DNA of 31,668 nt from Anaerolineales bacterium (GTDB lineage: Bacteria; Chloroflexota; Anaerolineae; Anaerolineales; UBA6663): positions 1 to 31,668 of the forward strand of contig JAVQXV010000018.1 of NCBI GenBank assembly GCA_033577755.1, given 5' to 3'. The first letter of the stretch is position 1; the number at the start of each line of letters is the position of its first letter. Below, piece after piece: positions 27,247 through 31,668 of this stretch. The notes under the pieces were generated by a model that was given only the letters and a program-made list of their open reading frames with translations, had not been told where the DNA came from and did not search any database. A program made the position numbers and the translations under genes.

Positions 27247-28062
27247 ATGAACTGCTCGCTCGAGGGGTTGGCAGCGCAGCATGAAAAGACAACATTGTGT
27301 ATGTGGCCAATCCAGAACTGGTGGGCGCGCCCTGTGGCCGTGTTTGGCCTGTTGACCGCGCTCGCCCTGAGCCTGACGCCGTTGCCCTCGCCCTGGGAGG
27401 GCTGGCTGCGCGATGGTTGCGAGCGCGTGAACTGCTACTGCGAAGCGCTGCGCGATGCCCTCGTCGTGCAGCCGGTCAGCACGCACTCCAACCTGGCCTT
27501 CGTCCTGGTTGGGCTGCTCATTGTCTTTGCGCCGCCGCGCGCCTCGGCCCGGCCCACCTATCAGACGGTGTTCGGGCTGGCAGTGATGGCGGTGGGCTTC
27601 GGCTCGTGGTTCTATCACGCTTCGCTCACGCGCCTGGGGGAGTGGTTCGATCTGGTCGGCGTTTATCTGCTGCTCAGTCTGATGTTGCTGGTGAACGCGC
27701 ACCGCCTGCGGCCGCTGCGGCCCGTGACCCTGGCCGCGCTGTATTTCGGTATCAATATGCTGGGCGGTTTGCAGATGGTCTTTGCCAACGCGCTACAGCA
27801 GGTGGTGTTCGTGGGATTGTTCGGCGGCGCGCTGCTGCTTGAGATCGCGGTCTGGCTGAAGCACCGGCCCCGGATGCAGTTGGGCTGGCTCCTCGCCGCG
27901 CTGGCGACGTTTGCGCTGGCAGCGGCCACCTGGCTGGCGGACGCGCAGTTGCCCTGCGACCCGGCCAGCCCCTTCCAGTGGCATGGCCTATGGCATGCGC
28001 TGACCGCGACGGCGGCGGGGTTTGTGTTCCTGTATTACCGCTCCGAAGTTGAAGGGATTTGA
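27247..28062 (+). CDS. Ceramidase-family (alkaline ceramidase / PF05875-like) 7-TM membrane hydrolase. The start may be the internal Met at ~27301.
   Basis: Motifs align to human ACER3: CE..N..C / STHSNLAFVL vs DWCEENY / NTVSNL; GSWFYHASL..EWFDLVGVY vs GSWCFHMTL..LLDELPMIY; QWHGLWHALTA vs QFHAWWHILTG. Confidence 0.55.
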   Translation: MNCSLEGLAAQHEKTTLCMWPIQNWWARPVAVFGLLTALALSLTPLPSPWEGWLRDGCERVNCYCEALRDALVVQPVSTHSNLAFVLVGLLIVFAPPRASARPTYQTVFGLAVMAVGFGSWFYHASLTRLGEWFDLVGVYLLLSLMLLVNAHRLRPLRPVTLAALYFGINMLGGLQMVFANALQQVVFVGLFGGALLLEIAVWLKHRPRMQLGWLLAALATFALAAATWLADAQLPCDPASPFQWHGLWHALTATAAGFVFLYYRSEVEGI

Positions 28063-28307
28063 AGCGTCAATGATGCTGCCTCTGTAGCGCGCCTTGCATC
28101 GTCGCGGGCGCAAGCTGTTCTTCGACTCACTCTTTGCAGACGGACTCCGGTGGCGCGCCGGCGCTCTTCCGGGCGCGGGCCGAAGGTCGGGTGATTGAGC
28201 GCGGCAAAGGTCGCAGCGTCTTCCCCCGGCCTCTAGGCCCGGTTATGCAGCAGGCGGTAATGGTAATGAGGGAAGTTGAGCTAATGCTGCGCCACCGGAA
28301 GGCGCTC

Positions 28308-30320
28308 TCAGACCAGATTTCTGGGCACGGTCTCCAGCCAGCTTTTCCGAAAGAACACGTTTCCGTTCAGCTTCACCGTTAACTCGAGGTCGAGGTGAAA
28401 GTCCGTCTCGGTGCTGCGGACTGCCCCGACGGAGCGAACGTGCGTCTCGTAGCCTTTCTCTTTCAGCAGGTAGTTGCACTCGTGGACGAGTTGCGCATGT
28501 GCAGGGTCGGCATGAAAGGCCGTTATCGCCAGACGCTCATCGGTGAACAGGGAGACGCCGTCGGGCAGGATGGTGGTGTCCGCGCCGTAGCTGTGCACGG
28601 TGACGCTGCCCGCCAGCACGTCCTCGGTAATGTGCCATTGCGCCTCCCCTTCGGAGTTGCTGCCCACGTTGGTCAGTTCGGGCGGCGTGGTCTTGAATGC
28701 GGGTGGGGGCAATTCGTCTGAAGGGGTGAGGGGCAGCGTGAGCCGCGAGGGGTGCGCCGGGCCGGTGTGGATGGTGAGTGTGCAGGCATAGGGCGATGGC
28801 CACAACATCGGGAAAAGGTTGCTGCCCAGCGTGAGCCGGATTCGGTGACCGGTTCGCCAACGGTAGCCCGTGACCTTGAGCGGCACGCGCACGGCGTAGA
28901 TTTCGCCGGGCGTCAGCGGCTTCGGTTCGGCGTGGCTCTCGCGGTGCGTCAGGTTGAGCGCGCCCTGCGTCACCAGCGCCGAGGTTCCGTCGGGATGCAC
29001 GTCGCACAGGCGCGCGGCAAGCGTGGCGACCGGCGCGCTGCAACTGACGTACACAGTCAGCTCCGGGAAGCCGAGAACTTCCAGTGGCTCGGCCAGCGGT
29101 TCGGTGGTGAATGTGAGCGCCAACGCTTCATCCGGGCGCTGATCGCGGGCCAGGCCGTTGGGCGCGCTGCCCCCGCCGGAGCTGAACGGGCCGGTGAGGC
29201 CCCAGGCCGGGCGGTGCGGGATTTCTGATTTTTGATTGTGGATTGCGGATTTCGGATGGAGGCCTGGGGAGTCCAAGTAGAAAGTAGAAAGTGAAAAATC
29301 GGAGGGCGGATAGGCGGCGTAGCTGCGCCACTCGCCGTTCTGCGCGGCGGGGAAGGGGTTGGGCGGCGTCCACTCGCGCAAGAAAACGGTGACCGGCGGC
29401 TCGGCCATCACCCCGTTGTCTTTGCCCTTTAGCCAATAGTCGAAGAAGCGCACCATCTCACGGAGATGGTCTAGGTTCGGGCCGGGATAGCCGTCCGCCG
29501 GGTACACGTGCCCCCAGTTGCCGATGAGGGCCTTGCGCGGCGCGTTGACGCACTGCGCCTGCATCCGCAGCACGGCGTCGGTGTAGCCGTCGTTCCAGCC
29601 GCCGATGTGGAAGAGCGCGCAGGTGATGCGCTCGTACTCCGGGGCAAGCGAGCCGCTGCGATAGTACGGGCCGTCTGTCTGCTGCCTCAGCCATTCGAGC
29701 AGCCAGGGCGGCGTCCGCTCCAGCCGCTCCTTCCACAGCGACGCCCAATTCTCCCTCACGTACTCGGCCCTGGGCGGCAGCGCGTTCATGGCCACCATGC
29801 TGACGGCGTATTGCGCCAGGTCGCTCATCGTCAGGCAGCCGCCGTAGTAGTGCACGTCCGTCAGGTAGCGGTCGTCGGTAGCGTATATGGGGATGATGGC
29901 CTTGAGGTGCGGCGGTTGTAGTTTGGCCACCTGGATGGCCGTGAAGCCGCCGTAGCTGATGCCCCACATGCCGACGTTGCCGTTGCACCACGGCTGCGCG
30001 GCCAGCCACTCCACGACCTCGTAGCCATCCTGCGTCTCCTCGGGCGTGTATTCGTCGCGCGCCAGACCGCCGCTGGAGCCGGTGCCGCGCACGTCCACGC
30101 GGCAGCCCACGTAGCCGCGCTGCGCGAAGTACGTCATCCGCGCCATGTCGCTGTTGTAGCGCCAGTCGTCTTTGCGATACGGGATCATCTCCAGAATGGC
30201 CGGGAATCTCTCGCCCGGCTCGCGCGGTATCGGCAGCCAGAGATTGGCCGAAAGCTCGACGCCGTCGCGCATCTTCAGGCGGACGTTGTGTTGGACTTGA
30301 GTGTCGTAGAGTTCAGACAT
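28308..30320 (-). CDS. CocE/NonD-family (S15, X-Pro dipeptidyl-peptidase-like) alpha/beta hydrolase. Start is taken as MSELYDTQ; the track ORF begins 6 codons upstream.
   Basis: N-terminal VRLKMRDGVELSANLWLP, a nucleophile-elbow region (GMWGISYGG) and a C-terminal beta-sandwich are typical of CocE/NonD. Confidence 0.8.
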   Translation of the reverse strand: MSELYDTQVQHNVRLKMRDGVELSANLWLPIPREPGERFPAILEMIPYRKDDWRYNSDMARMTYFAQRGYVGCRVDVRGTGSSGGLARDEYTPEETQDGYEVVEWLAAQPWCNGNVGMWGISYGGFTAIQVAKLQPPHLKAIIPIYATDDRYLTDVHYYGGCLTMSDLAQYAVSMVAMNALPPRAEYVRENWASLWKERLERTPPWLLEWLRQQTDGPYYRSGSLAPEYERITCALFHIGGWNDGYTDAVLRMQAQCVNAPRKALIGNWGHVYPADGYPGPNLDHLREMVRFFDYWLKGKDNGVMAEPPVTVFLREWTPPNPFPAAQNGEWRSYAAYPPSDFSLSTFYLDSPGLHPKSAIHNQKSEIPHRPAWGLTGPFSSGGGSAPNGLARDQRPDEALALTFTTEPLAEPLEVLGFPELTVYVSCSAPVATLAARLCDVHPDGTSALVTQGALNLTHRESHAEPKPLTPGEIYAVRVPLKVTGYRWRTGHRIRLTLGSNLFPMLWPSPYACTLTIHTGPAHPSRLTLPLTPSDELPPPAFKTTPPELTNVGSNSEGEAQWHITEDVLAGSVTVHSYGADTTILPDGVSLFTDERLAITAFHADPAHAQLVHECNYLLKEKGYETHVRSVGAVRSTETDFHLDLELTVKLNGNVFFRKSWLETVPRNLV
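29218..29317. repeat. GGATTTC/TGATTTT/GGATTGC heptamer x6 followed by an AAAGTAG-type array, in frame inside the CocE/NonD CDS
   Basis: Read directly. It encodes ..FSLSTFYLDSPGLHPKSAIHNQKSEIPHRP... Confidence 0.8.
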
Positions 30321-30401
30321 CGGTGGTCTTCCAATCAATGAGCGCTATCCGCTTTCATCCGCTCATCCGTTACTTATCCGTTGACGACAATCCGTTGCTG
30401 C

Positions 30402-30430
30402 TTGACAGCCCATTTTTTGCACTTATACTT
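30402..30430 (+). promoter_or_regulatory. Sigma-70-like promoter TTGACA - 16/17 nt - TATACT upstream of the flavoenzyme gene
   Basis: Read directly (cttgacagcccattttttgcacttatactt), ~60 nt upstream of the start at 30490. Confidence 0.45.
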
Positions 30431-30489
30431 CGCGCCAATAAGCCAGACCATGCGCAAGTAAATAACGCCGCTGCGGTTGAAGCTCTCGT

Positions 30490-31659
30490 ATGTCGAAACG
30501 CGACTACCAGTATATCGTCCTCGGCCTGGGCGGGCTGGGGAGCGCCGCTGCCTACTGGCTGGCGCGTCGCGCCGGGAGCGAGGTGCTCGGCCTGGAGCAG
30601 TTCGAGCTGGGGCACGACCGCGGCGGCTCGCACGACCACTCGCGCATCATTCGCCTCTCCTATCACACGCCGGGCTATGTGCAACTGGCGAAGGCCGCGT
30701 ATGAGGCCTGGGCAGCGCTGGAAGCCGACTCCGGCGAGAGCCTCATCCTCAAGACGGGCGGCCTCGACCTGTTCCCAGCAGGCGGCGCCATCCCGCTGGC
30801 CGACTATACCGAAAGCCTGACTGCGGCCGGCGTGCCCTTTGAGCTGCTTGACGCCGCTGAGACGAAGCGCCGCTGGCCGCAGTGGCACTTGCCCGACGAC
30901 GTGCAGGTGCTCTATCAGTCCGAGGGCGGCATCGCCCCCGCGAACCGGGGCACGGCGACTCACCGCCGAATGGCCCGCCAACACGGCGCTACCCTCCGTG
31001 ACCAATCTCCAATCTCTTATCTCCATTCCCAAAACGGCGAAATCGAAGTCACCGCTGCTGGCCAAACCTACCGCTGCGAAAAACTCATCCTCACCGCCGG
31101 CGCATGGTCAAATCGGCTGCTGGCCCATTTCGACATTCAATTGCCGCTCACCGTTACTCAGGAGCAGCTGACGTACTTCACTACGCCATATCTGGACGAG
31201 TTCGCGCCGGAGCGTTTCCCTATTTGGATTTGGATGGACGAGCCGTGCTTCTACGGCTTCCCCGTCTATGGCGAGCGGGCGGTGAAGGGCGCGCAGGACG
31301 TGGGCGGGCGCGAGGTGACCGTCGAGACCCGCACCTTTGAGCCGGACGCGGCCAACCTGCAACGGCTGTCTGCATTCTTCGAGAAGCACCTGCCGCGCGC
31401 CTACGGCCCTCCGCTGCTCACCAAGACCTGCCTGTACACCCTCACGCCCGACCGCGACTTCATCATTGACGCCCTCCCCGACCACCCCAATGTCCTCATC
31501 GCCATCGGCGCAGCCCACGACTTCAAGTTCTCGTCGCTCATCGGCCGGATCCTGGCCGACCTGGCGGTGGATGGCGCAACAACGCACGACTTGTCTCCGT
31601 TCAAAATCAACCGGCCTATCCTGCAAATGGCGAACCCGCCGCGGAACTTCATGATTTGA
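30490..31659 (+). CDS. FAD-dependent oxidoreductase of the monomeric sarcosine oxidase / N-methyl-L-tryptophan oxidase (SolA/MSOX) family
   Basis: GxGxxG (IVLGLGGLGSAAAYWLA), GGSHDHSRIIR and the C-terminal DFIIDALP..HDFKFSSLIGRILADLA align to E. coli SolA. The Cys site for covalent FAD appears to be replaced (AAHDFKF). Confidence 0.8.
   Translation: MSKRDYQYIVLGLGGLGSAAAYWLARRAGSEVLGLEQFELGHDRGGSHDHSRIIRLSYHTPGYVQLAKAAYEAWAALEADSGESLILKTGGLDLFPAGGAIPLADYTESLTAAGVPFELLDAAETKRRWPQWHLPDDVQVLYQSEGGIAPANRGTATHRRMARQHGATLRDQSPISYLHSQNGEIEVTAAGQTYRCEKLILTAGAWSNRLLAHFDIQLPLTVTQEQLTYFTTPYLDEFAPERFPIWIWMDEPCFYGFPVYGERAVKGAQDVGGREVTVETRTFEPDAANLQRLSAFFEKHLPRAYGPPLLTKTCLYTLTPDRDFIIDALPDHPNVLIAIGAAHDFKFSSLIGRILADLAVDGATTHDLSPFKINRPILQMANPPRNFMI
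30995..31030. repeat. CCAATCT heptamer array (reverse complement of AGATTGG) in frame inside the flavoenzyme CDS
   Basis: Read directly: gaccaatctccaatctcttatctccattcc. It encodes DQSPISYLHS, where SolA has a different short beta-strand. Confidence 0.65.
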
Positions 31660-31668
31660 GGCAACGGA

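Noticed and set aside
28063-28307. Possible bidirectional terminator between the convergent ceramidase-like and CocE/NonD genes (short ggcc-tcta-ggcc palindrome)
   Set aside because: The stem is only 4 bp and there is no U-tract. Not convincing.

Overview
Gene-dense, high-GC (roughly 65-68%) bacterial chromosomal window; no phylum call is made. It holds two amino-acid biosynthesis operons. The first is a + strand leuC-leuD-cimA(leuA-family)-leuB-pheA block at 264-5967. The second is a complete 12-gene LysW-carrier (alpha-aminoadipate) lysine operon on the - strand, 23071 down to 11123. Its order is lysW-lysX-lysY-lysZ-[four-helix-bundle gene]-lysJ-homocitrate synthase-lysT-[flotillin]-lysU-homoisocitrate dehydrogenase-lysK. 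A small lipoprotein gene and a 1181-aa secreted subtilase homolog lie between the two operons. Downstream is a + strand 4-gene operon of membrane-tethered solute-binding-fold proteins (one fused to a vWA domain), a 2-TM coiled-coil protein and a ceramidase-family membrane protein. The window ends with a CocE/NonD hydrolase and a sarcosine-oxidase-like flavoenzyme. The main unexplained structure is a pervasive family of AT-rich 7-8 nt tandem arrays with a GATT/AATC core (GATTTCT, GATTGGA, GACTGAA, CAATGAnn, TCRAGTRG ...). They fill nearly every intergenic junction inside the two operons, run over start and stop codons, and occur as in-frame insertions inside at least five conserved enzymes. Two MITE-like elements with terminal inverted repeats are present in two copies each (window start and ~10.7-11.0 kb). 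All coordinates I counted by hand may be off by 1-2 nt. No database searches were possible.
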